The notes: a model not told the origin generated them from the letters alone. A stretch of 64,000 bases of DNA from an uncultured Nitrososphaerota archaeon (GCA_963772005.1 CAVYVS010000020.1:25312-89311); one strand, 5' to 3'; positions 1 through 10,738 are shown, counted from the first letter of the stretch. Translations and numbers: made by a program.

Positions 1-1
1 C

Positions 2-907
2 ACGCACTGGATCTTCGGCTTCGCAGTAGGAATCGGCGTCTTTCACAGCGTCCCCATCGCACTGGTCACAGGCACAGGGACCCTGATTCCCGACCTTGAC
101 AGGGAGTATCTGTTCATCGCAAGAAAGGCCATCGGCGACTATCAGCTTCACAGGGCGCTTTTCCACAACTTTTTCGTTGTGGGCCTCCTCTACCTCTTCA
201 ATCCGTTCCTTTCGCTGGGCGCCCTTACCCACGTCCTCTTCGACACCCTGACCTCAGCCACGGACCGGGGGGCGGAGCTGTTCTTCCCGCTTACTAGGAT
301 CGTTGGCAGTTTCCATTATCTGATCGACGGAAGCCAGAAGGACCATCCCAGGAAGATGGAGTGGTGGGTCGAAGACCCATGGGGGCTCCTCCAGGGCACT
401 TCCGACAGGGACCTTTCAGAACCGACCGACCAGCCATGGAGGAGGTCCTACGGGCCCTTCAGGAACAGCAGGATCGTCGACTGGGGGGTCTTCTTCGGGG
501 CGATATTGTACCTCGCAACTGCTTGCTTTGTGTGGGGGGCCTCTGTGTACTCTACCACCGGCTTCACAGGCTATGCGTTCATCTCTCTTGCAGGCATAGC
601 CATCTTCTATGGCCTTGGTGAAGTGTGGAGGAGGAGGCTTGTCAGGGGCGATATGGAGCGTGCCCAGGTCCAGAACCTGCCCATCCGCGAGCTGCCTCCG
701 CTCGAGAGGACGCCGCTGGACTGGCTGGTGCTCTCCATCCTAGTCTTCGGGGTCGTCGTGTTCATCGTCGGGGCGCTGTACCTGTACAACCCACCCACCC
801 TCCCTGACCTGCTGCCAGAGGGGCTCGCCGCCATCTCGTTCCTGGCGGGGCTGATCCTTTCTTATGTATTCGTAAGGGTAAGGAAGAGCGCCGACCTCGC
901 CATATAG
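2..907 (+). CDS. membrane-bound metal-dependent hydrolase, YdjM/DUF457 family (5' end runs off the window)
   Basis: The frame is open from base 2 with no start in the window. IPDLD, HRALFHN, THVLFDTLT and GAELFFPL match the YdjM-type LPDIDH / HRGxTHS / SHxxxDxxT / GVPLxWP pattern. Extra C-terminal hydrophobic helices follow. TAG stop at 905-907. Confidence 0.6.
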   Translation, partial: THWIFGFAVGIGVFHSVPIALVTGTGTLIPDLDREYLFIARKAIGDYQLHRALFHNFFVVGLLYLFNPFLSLGALTHVLFDTLTSATDRGAELFFPLTRIVGSFHYLIDGSQKDHPRKMEWWVEDPWGLLQGTSDRDLSEPTDQPWRRSYGPFRNSRIVDWGVFFGAILYLATACFVWGASVYSTTGFTGYAFISLAGIAIFYGLGEVWRRRLVRGDMERAQVQNLPIRELPPLERTPLDWLVLSILVFGVVVFIVGALYLYNPPTLPDLLPEGLAAISFLAGLILSYVFVRVRKSADLAI

Positions 908-908
908 G

Positions 909-1436
909 TCAGATGGAGCTGGGAGGCGTCTCTCTTCTGCGGATGCGCATCTCCTCGCGCAGGGTCCAGGTCCCATCGGCCTGGAGCTCCTCGGCGTGCC
1001 ACCTGAAGGAGCTTGGAGTTATCTCGGAGAAGATCCACTTCACGGGACGTCCTTCCACCGTCTTGCCCTCGAGGACGATGTCTTCGCCCACCTGGCGACC
1101 TGTGAAGGTCTTCACGGCCCCCTGTCCCGGGGAGAGCCAGACGCTGTGCCAGGCATCGATCTTGGGGTCGTAGAACCTGACGGTCGTCCCTTCGGGGACA
1201 GGCCTGCCGGTCTCCTCATCGATGGACATCCAGACGTCCTGGACCGCCCTGCCGCCGAGGATCCATCCCCAGTGGAGCTCCCCCCTCGACTTGACCCAGG
1301 TTCCGTCCGGCTCGAGGTACCGGTCCTCAAGGATGTCCCAGTCCCCCACGAACCGGCCGAAAAGCGCCAGCTTTTCTGCGTACTGAGGGTCTGGCCCCTT
1401 CGCCCCCAGCCCATCGATGGGCCGCATTCCGCTCAA
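909..1436 (-). CDS. conserved hypothetical protein (DUF1579-like small beta-barrel, tentative)
   Basis: 175-aa ORF. The GDW..., HWGWILGGRAVQDVW and FYDPKIDAWHSVW pattern resembles DUF1579-type proteins from memory. TGA stop at 909-911. Confidence 0.5.
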   Translation of the reverse strand: MSGMRPIDGLGAKGPDPQYAEKLALFGRFVGDWDILEDRYLEPDGTWVKSRGELHWGWILGGRAVQDVWMSIDEETGRPVPEGTTVRFYDPKIDAWHSVWLSPGQGAVKTFTGRQVGEDIVLEGKTVEGRPVKWIFSEITPSSFRWHAEELQADGTWTLREEMRIRRRETPPSSI

Positions 1437-1622
1437 CTATATCGACCTCCTATGTCTTCGAAGGGCTCCGGATATATCACGTTTGGGTCTTTGGCGAAGG
1501 ATCACCTTGACGACAGCTCCTTCGTGTTCCTCACGGGCTCGCACCCGAAACCGGTCGCCTCACCACAACGCTTAAACCGCTATCTGGCGCTTAACCATGT
1601 CGTCGCAGGGGAGCTCAAGCAC

Positions 1623-2853
1623 ATGAAGCCCGGGGTCGCCAACAGAAGGGTAGTCACGCCGACCCGTGTGATGGGCGTCGTAGCAGTCGTAATTGCCGCC
1701 GTCCTCTGTGTAGCATTCTTCGGGTCGATCACGGCCCCTGGCGGATTTCCCCTTCCACAGACCGGGGTGAAGGTCTTCCTCGCCCCTGCCCTGCCCTACA
1801 GGCAGATCACGTCCGGGGGCTGGGACGACAGGTACCCCGTCTGGAGCCCCAACGGGTCCCTTGTCGCATACGTTTCTGACAAGGGGGGCTTGTGGGGCGT
1901 CTGGGTGATGACCGCGTCGGGCGGTAATCAGGAGCAGGTGTCTATCAAGGGCCTCCTCGCGATGTATCCTGCATGGAGCCCGGATTCCTCCTCCATCTCG
2001 TACTGGGTGATGGACGGAACCAGCGCGCGCATCGAAGTCCTCAGCCTGGCCACTGGAGTCACGACGATGGTCGCTGCTGCAGGTGTCGGTGCCCTGCCGG
2101 CGCCTGCCTCCATGGAGCCCAGACGGAAGCAGGGTGCTCTTCTACGGCGTGGAGGGGACCCCCCAGCTCTTCATGGCGGACGTCGCGGCCGGGTCCTTGT
2201 CGGTGCTGGCCAACGTCACAGGTCCCTACTATGGTTGTTCCTGGGTCAACGATAGCTATGCCCTCTACACCTCGGCCGTGGGCACCGATCCGAGCATCCA
2301 ACTTATCGACGTCAATACGGGCACCGCCTATCCCTTCCTTTCTTCCGGTGGCGTGGCCTACGTCTCACCCGCCGTCGGCCCGGGTTCGTCCGTAGCGTAC
2401 TTCTCGGACCAGGTGCCGAGCACGATGTCGAAGGCGCCCTCCATCAACTCTGGCTATGGCTTCGACATTTGGCTCAGGACCGTCACCGATTCGACCTCCA
2501 CGTATCAGTACCTCATGAGCAGCGGAACCTCCTGCGGAACGGACGACATGGAGCCGGTCCCCTTCGCGCCCGGCATAATGGACACCGGGTACGGGATCAG
2601 ATGGAACAACAACTCCACCATGCTCGTCTATCAGTGCAACTGCAGCGTGATGGGAGAGCGCATCTACCTCTGGAACGTCGTCAACCAGGCGATCTCGACG
2701 GTCGGCCCTGCCACCGGATGCAACACCTTCGAGCCTTCTTGGAGCCCAGACGGTTCCCAGATAGCCTTCAGCTGCAACATGAACGGACAATACCACATCT
2801 GGGTCACGAGCTTGTCCGGCATGGCTGAATCGGCAGTGGTCGCGGGTTACTGA
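1623..2853 (+). pseudogene. membrane-anchored PD40/TolB-like beta-propeller repeat protein, one frame break as assembled
   Basis: ATG at 1623, a TM helix (VMGVVAVVIAAVLCVAFF), then repeated PD40 motifs (VWSPNGSLVAY, AWSPDSSSISY, PPWSPDGSRVLF, SWSPDGSQIAF). The conserved sequence jumps from track ORF 996..2255 to ORF 2083..2853 near 2085-2105. Confidence 0.75.
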
Positions 2854-3063
2854 TAACGGACATAGAAGAGGCGGACCCTTAAGGTTCGGGGTCAGCTTCG
2901 AGTAACTTATCATCTTTTCTCATGCCACCTTGCTGCCGGATGCTGTGGCATCACAAGGCAACATATGAAGATCCGCGGAACGTCTTGCTGACTTGGCGGA
3001 AGTCGACGCTCGGACGCCACAAGGGAGGCGGACGGGGAACTGCAGCCGCAGTCCTTCTTCAGG

Positions 3064-4369
3064 CTATTGTCTCTCGCCGGGTTCCATCGCGGGCACGGGG
3101 CCGGGGTAGTTCAACACGAAGATGTGGAAATAGCCGCCCGAAAGCGCCGAGAAGGCTAGGTCGAACGTCGTCGGGGCTCCATGAAGGAGAGCTGATGCTC
3201 GAGTTCAGGGGGCCCATGGGCGCCATGGTGGAGGTCCGATTGACGGCGTCCCAGAGGTAGAGTCCCAAGCCGTAGGGGGCATAGTAGGCGGTGTAGGCCA
3301 CGACCACGCCGTTCGCGCTCCAGGCGAGGCTCTGCGTTGGAGCGATGATGCCGGGGGCGAACGGACATGGATACGTCCTCGCAGAGGCATGCTCCGATGG
3401 GTGTCGGGCCGGATTGGAATATGGCCGCCGACCCGTCCGGGGGGCTGGCCCATATGTTGAAGTCGCCGGGATTGTACTGCGACGGATACGCCTGTCCGTA
3501 AGGATTGTTCGGAACCAGGTCGGAGATGTAGGCGAGCCTGAGGCCATCCGGGGAAACCGCAGGAGACGTAAAGTTGCCGCCTCCCTGCAGGATGCAGCTT
3601 CCAGTCCCATTCACTATGCCGGCCTGGCAGATGCTGTAATTCCCTCCTTCCAGGGTAGAATATACCATGCCGGTGTCGGACGCCCAGCTGGCCGAAGCGT
3701 CGGCCCCGCTCACCGGAGCGATTTCCTTCAGGGACTTAGAGGCCACATCGACTGAAACCAGCTCGGGGGTCGTCGAATTCGTGAAGAACAGCAGGCGCGT
3801 CCCATCAGGGCTCCACTTCGGTTGGCCTTCGACAACCGAATACGCGCCGCCGGTGAGCGTCAGGAGCGTGGAGTTCTGAAGGAACGCCACCATTATGTCC
3901 GTACGGGCCCCGTCTGGCTCCAGAAGGCCACCGCGGAGGAGTTCGGGTTCCAGGACGGATCTGAGGCGTTGATGCTAGAGGGGGTGAGCTGCCTGTCGTT
4001 TGCACCGTCGTCAGAGATTACATGAATCTGCCACCCGCCGCTTCGGTCGGTGGAATAGGCGATCAGCTTGCCGTCTGGGCTCCACGAGGGCGATACATCG
4101 TTTTGCGATCCGTAAGTTATCGGCTTGTAGGGCAGGGTCGTCGAGTAGCCTGGCGCAGGGATGCTGAGCGCCACAATGGCGGGAGCTGCCCCCACGAAGA
4201 TGGCGATGACGATGGCGATCGCCGCGCGAACCCCCCAGGCGCTCCCACGCTTCGCGTCCCGATAATCATTAAGACGTGCTGCATTCGTCAGTTTGGCCCC
4301 TGCCCGCGGGCGTGAACAGCCACGGGCCAAAGACTGGGATGACCTGGATTGATCATAGTTCAGCTGCAT
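3064..4369 (-). pseudogene. paralogous membrane-anchored PD40/TolB-like repeat protein, at least three frame breaks
   Basis: TM helix (AAIAIVIAIFVGAAPAIVAL). PD40 motifs are split over track ORFs 3893..4369, 3156..3893 and 3059..3610, plus a fourth segment (TFDLAFSALSGGYFHIFVLNYPGPVPAMEPGERQ, TAG at 3064-3066). Switches lie near 3893, 3370 and 3165. Confidence 0.7.
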
Positions 4370-4407
4370 CTTCCACTCATCGACGTTATCCTTGGTTCAT
4401 ATTTGCA

Positions 4408-4420
4408 TATTTAAAAATAT
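4408..4420. promoter_or_regulatory. TATA-like box in a divergent intergenic region
   Basis: atatttaaaaatat is the only A/T-rich block between the divergent starts at 4369 (minus) and 4533/4629 (plus). Confidence 0.4.
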
Positions 4421-4532
4421 GGTTTTGACAGTGAGCCGATTTCGGGTTCCCCCGAGCCTCTGGCCCGGTCTCCTCACCCCCGACCGCATCGGTGGGCCGC
4501 GGCGCCGCGGGCTACTCCGATACGGGGAGAAC

Positions 4533-5275
4533 ATGGCCAGCGTGGGTCGGTCGCCCCGGCGCCGGGGAGACTTTTTCGGTCTAGTCACGCTTATTACCTC
4601 CCTCCCACGAAACGTCTGTGACAGGGAGATGGAGAGGGCGAAGGCAAGGCGGCTGCTGAAACGCTCTGCCAAGCCACTGTGCTTCCTCCTCGTGGTCGCG
4701 CTCCTGCTGTCCCTGTCCAAGTATACGGTCGCCTACAGGGAATTTCCAGTCGGCGCGGTCGCGCTGCCGGACCAGGCGAGAGACAAGATAACGATACTCA
4801 CCATCGGAGGGATGCTCCAGTTGTCCTATGACCAGCAGGAAGGAGAGGCCTCCGACAACCAACAGACGGCGATAACGGTGGCGACTTCCAACATGAGCAA
4901 CGACCAGGTGTACATGCAGCCCCTCCAGACGGAGGCCATGGGGTGCGGGAACAACTACCTCAGCGCCCTCACGGTGAGCATCGAGACCAGCAACCAGCTT
5001 GCCTACGAAGAGAAGGGGACCGGTGAACGTCTCGGTGATGGACTCCGCTGGCAGCTACCTTTATGCCAGCCAGCTCGTGGTCCTCGATTTCAAGCCCGGG
5101 GGCATGACGTCCGGTGCCGCCAACTTCAACATCGAAACTCCCGAGTCCAACCCCGTCTTCTTGGTGAGGGCGGCCTTCCCGACCCAAGTGGACCTGAACT
5201 CGGCCAGCGTCCCAATGGTGCAAGCTTCCCCTCTTCGAGTACCTCCTGATGAAGCTCGGCGTCGTCGCTCCCTGA
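4533..5275 (+). pseudogene. membrane-anchored hypothetical protein, at least two frame breaks; start is 4533 or 4629
   Basis: Basic N-terminus plus a TM helix (KPLCFLLVVALLLSL). The sequence continues in track ORF 4999..5328 (VNVSVMDSAGSYLYASQLVVLDFKPGG...) and then in a third frame ending KLPLFEYLLMKLGVVAP with TGA at 5273-5275. No family recognised. Confidence 0.35.
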
Positions 5276-5340
5276 CCCGGCCCCCTCCTGAAGTACTGAT
5301 CGGGCATCAGCGCCGTACTCGGCCGTAGTCGAGAAGGGTT

Positions 5341-5360
5341 AAAAAAAGAGAAAGAAAGTG
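5341..5360 (-). terminator. oligo-T terminator of Mo-hydroxylase operon 1
   Basis: The minus strand reads ctttctttctcttttttt (a T7 run) 8-27 nt after the TAG at 5368-5370. Confidence 0.55.
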
Positions 5361-5367
5361 TGAAGGT

Positions 5368-6321
5368 CTAAGCCTGTAAGGCTCTTGCTATCGCAGTCGT
5401 AGCGATTTGTTTCTTGTAGGAGTTCCGGGCATGGGTGAAGCGTTGGCCACGGCCGCTTGGCCCGCCGCCAGGCCGGTGGTCGCGCTGATGGTCGTCCCCG
5501 TGAGGGTGGTCTCCGCTGCCGTCGCGTGGACCGGCACCTGCGAGACGCCGCCCAGGTAGATCCTGCAGCTGGTTATGTTTCCAGTCGCCGGAGTGTACCA
5601 GGCAGCCCGCGCTAGCCAGCGCAAAGGAGTTGCCTCTGGCGACCTTGTAGAAGCCCGACTTCGAACCCGTCGCGGGGGTCGGCACGTCGATCTCCTTGAT
5701 CAGCTCGCCCTGCGCGAGGTTGTTACCTGGGGCTGCCGGTGAGAAGAACTTGTCCATGGTGTAGGTCCCTGAGGTCGTGACCACGCTCGCGTTCAGCGCC
5801 GACAGTGCGATGGCCGTGTCGGATGGGTGGATGGAGTAGCAGCCCTGCGGGCCGCCGAAGATGGAGTGGTAGACCCTGTTGTCTCCCGCCTGGGCGAAGC
5901 ACACGGCCCCGCCCTTGCGGAGGCAGTTATAGAGTATGTTCGTGCCCCTGAAGTACCAGCACCAGACGTCCTGGGCATATGTTACCTCCTATGGTCCCCA
6001 TATTCCTAAGGTTAGGAGTGGCCACAGCCCCTGCCGCTTGGGCGAGGGCCCGTAATTGGTCTGCACGGTCGAGCTGTTGGCGATCTCCACCAGTTCGTGA
6101 GAGGGCCAATCTTCAGGACCCCTCCCGACTCCGTGATGTAGTCAAGGCCCGGTATGGACTTCAGGTCCACCATCACCGTGGGCTCGTTGGGGAGGCTGTT
6201 TTCCTTCATAACGTGTTTTAGCTTCGTGCCACCAGCCATGGGAACCGAGTTGGCGTTGTTCTTGAGCAGCGCTGGAGGCTTCTGCAAGCGTCGTCGGCGT
6301 GTAGTATATGAATGGTTGCAT
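5368..6321 (-). pseudogene. Mo-hydroxylase FAD-binding (CoxM/XdhB/PaoB-like) subunit, copy 1, about six frame breaks
   Basis: Motifs MQPFIYYTPTTLAEAS, AGGTKL, NLRNMGTIGGNI, CFAQAGDNRVYHSIFGG..CYSIHPSDTA and TSCRIYLGGV are spread over three frames. Switches lie near 6275, 6090, 6050, 5985, 5625 and 5425. The ATG at 6319-6321 is 3 nt after the large-subunit TAG. Confidence 0.8.
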
Positions 6322-6324
6322 TTT

Positions 6325-8632
6325 CTATACACCTATGCCTTCCCAGCCCTTCAGGACCTTATCTGGCGTTAACGGCATGGCGGCAGACCACCATCCGGTG
6401 GCGTTCGACACAGCGTTGCAGACGGCGGCGGTGAACGTCGCGATGAAGGCCTCTCCCATTCCCTTGGCCCGAAGTTGTAGCCGTCCGGTGGCTGCTCGAC
6501 CACGCCCGAGAACCCGACCGTGATGGGGGGTATCTGGTTGGCGAGCGGTAGCTTGTGGTCAAGGTCGGCTGATCACGTACGGAAGCCCGGTGTTGACGTC
6601 GGGCCACATCTCCTCCTGGAGCGCGTAGCCCATGGCCTGTATGGCGGATCCCTGTCCCTGTCCTTCGGCTCCGACGGCGAAGATCACTTGGCCTTCGCCC
6701 TGGACGCAGTACATGTTGGTCACGTTCACGACGCCGGTGTCGCAGTCGACGTCCACTTCGACGACGCTCGTGTTGAAGCTCTTGGCCGTGGTCTTGGTCG
6801 GCGCTATGAACTGGCCCACTCCGACGATCTGCGGCTCTCCCGTTAGAGAGGCGAACGTCACGTACTTGGTTGGGTCGGAGGTGAGGGAGATCTTCATCGA
6901 GCCGTCGAGGGCATACGTCAGCTGGGTTACGTCGCCGCCGCTGAGCGTTGCGGCCGCCTTCGTCAGCATCTGGTTCCTTGCGTTTGATGCATGCAAGTCC
7001 GATGGAGCTTCCGGCCTTCTTCGTGGACCCGCTACCTACGGTGGCTCCGCAGTCGATGGCGGCGTCACTGTCGTAGTTGTCGAGGGTGACCATGTTGAAG
7101 GGGAGGCCCATCATCTCGGCCGCTATGAGTATTTTCTCCTCCCTGTTGCCTTGGCCTAGGCTGTTCGGTATGACGTGGATGTTGACGCTGCCGTCCGGCT
7201 GCATGTTGACCATGCAGCTGGAGGATGCGGCTCCTGCGCCGTTGCCGGGTGCTGAGGTGACGATGCCGATGCCATGTCTCACGCCGGTCAGGCTGGGTCC
7301 CGCTGTCGGGGGCGCCTTCCATTTGCTGGAGAACCCAGATATGGACAGCGCCTGGTTCAGAACTCCGGGGAGTTCAACCGAGGGTATCCTGTTTCCTGTG
7401 ATCCTGGTCCGTGTCTCCCTGCTTGTACATGGTCGGGGCGTTCATGAAGTCCACGGGGTTCATTCCGAGCGAAGCGGCTATCATGTCGTAGTGAGTGAAT
7501 GCCGCGAACATCGCCTGCTTTGCTCCTGGTGCCCTGTACGGTCCCGCCTTCCCTACGTTCGTCCAGACGTCGTTGGTCGTGACCTTGAAGTTGGGGAGTT
7601 TGTACGGGCCGTAACTGGGCCGCGCTAGGTCCAGCAGCAGAGTCGCCGAAGGCCCCTGCCGAGTTGTAGTTCGTGCACTCGACCGCCTGGATGGCCCCCG
7701 TCGATGGGTTGACTGCAGTCGTCACGTAGTAGACCTGTTTGGTGCTATGGAAGCCCAGAGTGATGTTGTCCTCGTGGGTGTACTTGTGATGGATGGGCCT
7801 GCCGGTGATCTGGGACATGAGGGTTCCCAAGATGTGCGGACGCATTGCCATGAGCGGGCCGCCTTTGTCTCCGAAGCCTCCGTCGCAGGAGTAGTTGTAG
7901 ACCTTGATGCGGCTCTCAGAGATTCCGAGGCCTTGCTCAGGTCCTGCGCCATCTCCTTGGTCCCTGCGTCGAAGTCCACATCTCTACCCTGCCAGTGGAG
8001 TCGTAAGAGACGGTGAACGCGTAAGACAGGACGTTGTTGTGTTGCAGCAGCTGCGTCTCGTAGCGGTAGTTCGAGAAGAGCTTGACGCCTGAGGCAGCCA
8101 ACGCCGCGTCGGGGTTTCCGAACGTGGTGGTGGTCGGCGTCTGGGCGTTTGCCTTACCTGTGTATACCTGTGGCGCGCTGGACTTCGCCGCGTCCTCTGG
8201 AGCGAGCACGAACGGCGCGGAGCTGTAAACGACCTTGATGGCCTGGCACGCTTCTTCGGCGATGAACGGGTCTTCGGCCGCCACCGCCGCGATCTCCTCG
8301 CCTCCGCACCTCAGTTGGTCGAACGGAAGGAGAGAGAAGCCTGTGTCGGGTATCTTGATGCTCTTCCAAGCCGTGTTGGCGGCCACCATTGCGGGTGTGA
8401 TTATGGCCAGCACTCCGGGGATGGCTGCGGCCGCGGTGGTGTCCATGCTAGTGATGGTGCCCGAGGGGGCTGCGCTGTGCTTGATCGCCATGAATGCCTG
8501 GTTGGGGAGGTTAAAGTCGTCTCCAAACTGCAGCTGGCCCGAGACCTTCTTCTGGGCGTCGAGGCGCCTGCCTTTCCATTTGCCGACCAGTCGGAGAGGC
8601 CCGGGGTAATACGGGAATAGTGGTGTTGACAT
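6325..8632 (-). pseudogene. Mo-hydroxylase large molybdopterin-binding subunit (xanthine dehydrogenase/aldehyde oxidase family), copy 1, about seven frame breaks
   Basis: N-terminus MSTPLFPYYPG..VGKWKGRRLDAQKKVSG, then WTSTQ, CDGGFGDKGGPL, GPYRAPGAKQ, QGQGSAIQAMGYAL and KGMGEAFIATF. Frame switches lie near 7975, 7925, 7620, 7395, 6995, 6565 and 6470. TAG at 6325-6327. Confidence 0.8.
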
Positions 8633-8647
8633 TCTATTCCATCACCA

Positions 8648-9343
8648 TCAAGCCTGCTTCACCGACATCAGTCCTGCGAACATGTGTGGCCAGTTCCCGC
8701 ACTTGCAAAGGTTGCCGGCCAGCGCGTTCGCCAGGGCCGTTTGGGTCGGGCCCGGGTTCGCCTTTAGGAAGGCCGTCGAGACCATGACTATCCCCGGTAC
8801 GCAAGCGCCGCACTGGACGCCGTCAGCGTCGCAGAGGGCCGCCTGGATGGGGCTCAGGTTCTCCGGTCCGCCTATGCCTTCGATGGTTGTGATGCTCTTG
8901 CCTTGGGCTTCGACCGCAAGCATGGTGCAGCTCATCATCGGGATTCCGCCGACTAGGACCGCGCACGCTCCGCATTCGCCTCTGTCGCAACCCAGCTTGG
9001 TACCGATCAGGTTCAGCTTATACCGGAGGGCATGGGCCAGCGACCACCTGTTGTCCAGGTTGAGGGTATGGTCGATGCCGTTCACGGTCAGGGTCACGAT
9101 CGAATAAGGCGTGGGGGTCGGGGGCGGCGTGGTAATGGTCGTGTTAGATCCCGAAATCGTGTGGGTAATGGTGCTCGTGATCGTCGAGGTGTTCGTGTTA
9201 TTATTGGTTAGGATTGACATCTCTGCGGCGCCGGCGACCACCACAGCGGCGATCGCGCCTCCAGCGGCAGCGCCCATTAGGAAAGTCCTTCGCGATAGCT
9301 TGTTCTTCGTTGCGAAATCGTCTTTCTTATCGTCTGTTGTCAT
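8648..9343 (-). CDS. Mo-hydroxylase [2Fe-2S] small subunit with twin-arginine (Tat) signal and Asn/Thr/Ser-rich linker, copy 1 (intact)
   Basis: 231-aa ORF. It has a KLSRRTFLMGAAAGGAIAAVVVAGAA signal/anchor, the linker NNNTNTSTITSTITHTISGSNTTITTPPPTPTP, and then CDRGECGAC, CGACVPG and CKCG cluster motifs. Confidence 0.9.
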   Translation of the reverse strand: MTTDDKKDDFATKNKLSRRTFLMGAAAGGAIAAVVVAGAAEMSILTNNNTNTSTITSTITHTISGSNTTITTPPPTPTPYSIVTLTVNGIDHTLNLDNRWSLAHALRYKLNLIGTKLGCDRGECGACAVLVGGIPMMSCTMLAVEAQGKSITTIEGIGGPENLSPIQAALCDADGVQCGACVPGIVMVSTAFLKANPGPTQTALANALAGNLCKCGNWPHMFAGLMSVKQA

Positions 9344-9540
9344 ATTCGTCGTTTCGCTGAGTGGGAGACACCAATATAAGTTATTTGGTAGCCAAGTGTA
9401 TTTTCGATAGATTATTTACAAATGTATGCATTTACCCTCGAGGCTAGTGAGCCTCGCATAGCTATTATGAATTTCATATATTATTCCTTTCACATCAGAA
9501 CTTATTCGCAATAACACTATTCCATTCTGCTTATCCTCTT
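9344..9540 (-). promoter_or_regulatory. A/T-rich promoter region of Mo-hydroxylase operon 1
   Basis: About 200 nt of markedly A/T-rich sequence lie directly upstream of the ATG at 9343. It contains a GC-rich hairpin/palindrome cgaggct-agtg-agcctcg (9439-9456) and the palindrome tatgaa-t-ttcata (9466-9478). Confidence 0.5.
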
Positions 9541-9880
9541 CAAGATGGACGAAGCGTTCATTCCCCCATTGCTATTCTATAGGATTCATTCCGATCTTCG
9601 ATTCGCGTCTTTGGGAAAGGGGCTTCCGGACTTCGATATGGGCTGTCCAACTTGGCGCGGGCACTGGCTCCGCACCATTCCCGTTGGATTATTCTCTGGC
9701 CAGCGGAAGAGGCGGCTGCGGCCTGCGACAGGAGCCTCAAATCCTGTTGGGGTCTGTCGTCAGGAGGATTGTTTAATGATGCTGGGAATGAGCGTTCCCG
9801 GTCGTTACTGGCGGAGACGGAGGCCGATCTCGGGGCACTTCTTCCTTCCGCAAGACCGCTCCTCCACGACGGCGACCGCG

Positions 9881-10738
9881 TCAGGCGACGGAGGAGGCGA
9901 GCCTTTCGACCAGCGATACCCGATACGAATCGTCCCCGGATACATACGGGTAGATGATGGGGAGGTCAACCCCCGCGCGGCTGAAGCGCTCCAGGACTTC
10001 CATCACTTCATGGTCGCTCGGGTTGGCGGACGATATCGGCAGGAGTTCCGCTGGGACATCCTTCGAGGACTCTGCGTCGAACCTTCTGATCGGGTCAGCG
10101 ACTCCCATCTCCTCGAACATCACATGGTACTGGGGGACGGAGTCGTACCTCTTCATCTCCTCGGCCAGCATCCTCCTTGCATCAACGTCATCCTTCGCGA
10201 AGAAGAGCTTGATGTAGCAAGCCAGCGTGAACCCTTCTGCGTCGATGTCTTTCGGCTTTATCCTCTCGGCATATTCCGGGGTGCAGAAGTTGAGGATGGC
10301 CCCCTCCGGCGTGGTCGCAGGCCGCCCGGAGCATCCTCCGCCTCAGGGCTGCGAAGAGACATCGTGGGCTTCACCTTCTCCGGGTAGCCTCCACGAATCC
10401 CATCCGCCAGCTCGACGAGGCCATCGATGGCCGCTCGGCCTGTTCCGCCTCCGGTGCCGATGCCGAGTCTGAACCTCCTTCCCGACCCTTCGTTGAGAGT
10501 ATGAACGCGCCCGAGCAGCCGCGCGACATCATAGTCCGTGGACCTTATGACGCCGGTCCCCGCGCGCAGCCGATCGCTCATCCCCAGCGATATGCCGCAC
10601 ATGTCGAGGGCATCGAAATCCGTTCCGCCGCTCGGGAACCATCCGGAGTCCAGCTTCGACCTGTCCAAGGATGGAATCATCCTAGCGATCGTCGACGGAC
10701 CGAAGACCGTGGAGCGCAGGGCTATGCCGGACCTTCAT
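9881..10738 (-). pseudogene. LLM-class (luciferase-like) flavin/F420-dependent oxidoreductase, three frame breaks
   Basis: MKV then GIALRSTVFG, RFRLGIGTGG, ADGAILNFCTPEY and a C-terminus LVERLASSVA. Switches lie near 10728, 10372 and 10318. ATG at 10736-10738. Confidence 0.7.

Noticed and set aside
9104-9208. A repetitive ACN/AAY-rich stretch that might look like a tandem repeat or spacer array. A similar Thr-rich run lies at about 33350-33440.
   Set aside because: It is in frame within intact ORFs and encodes Thr/Ser/Asn linkers. No regular repeat-spacer periodicity is present.
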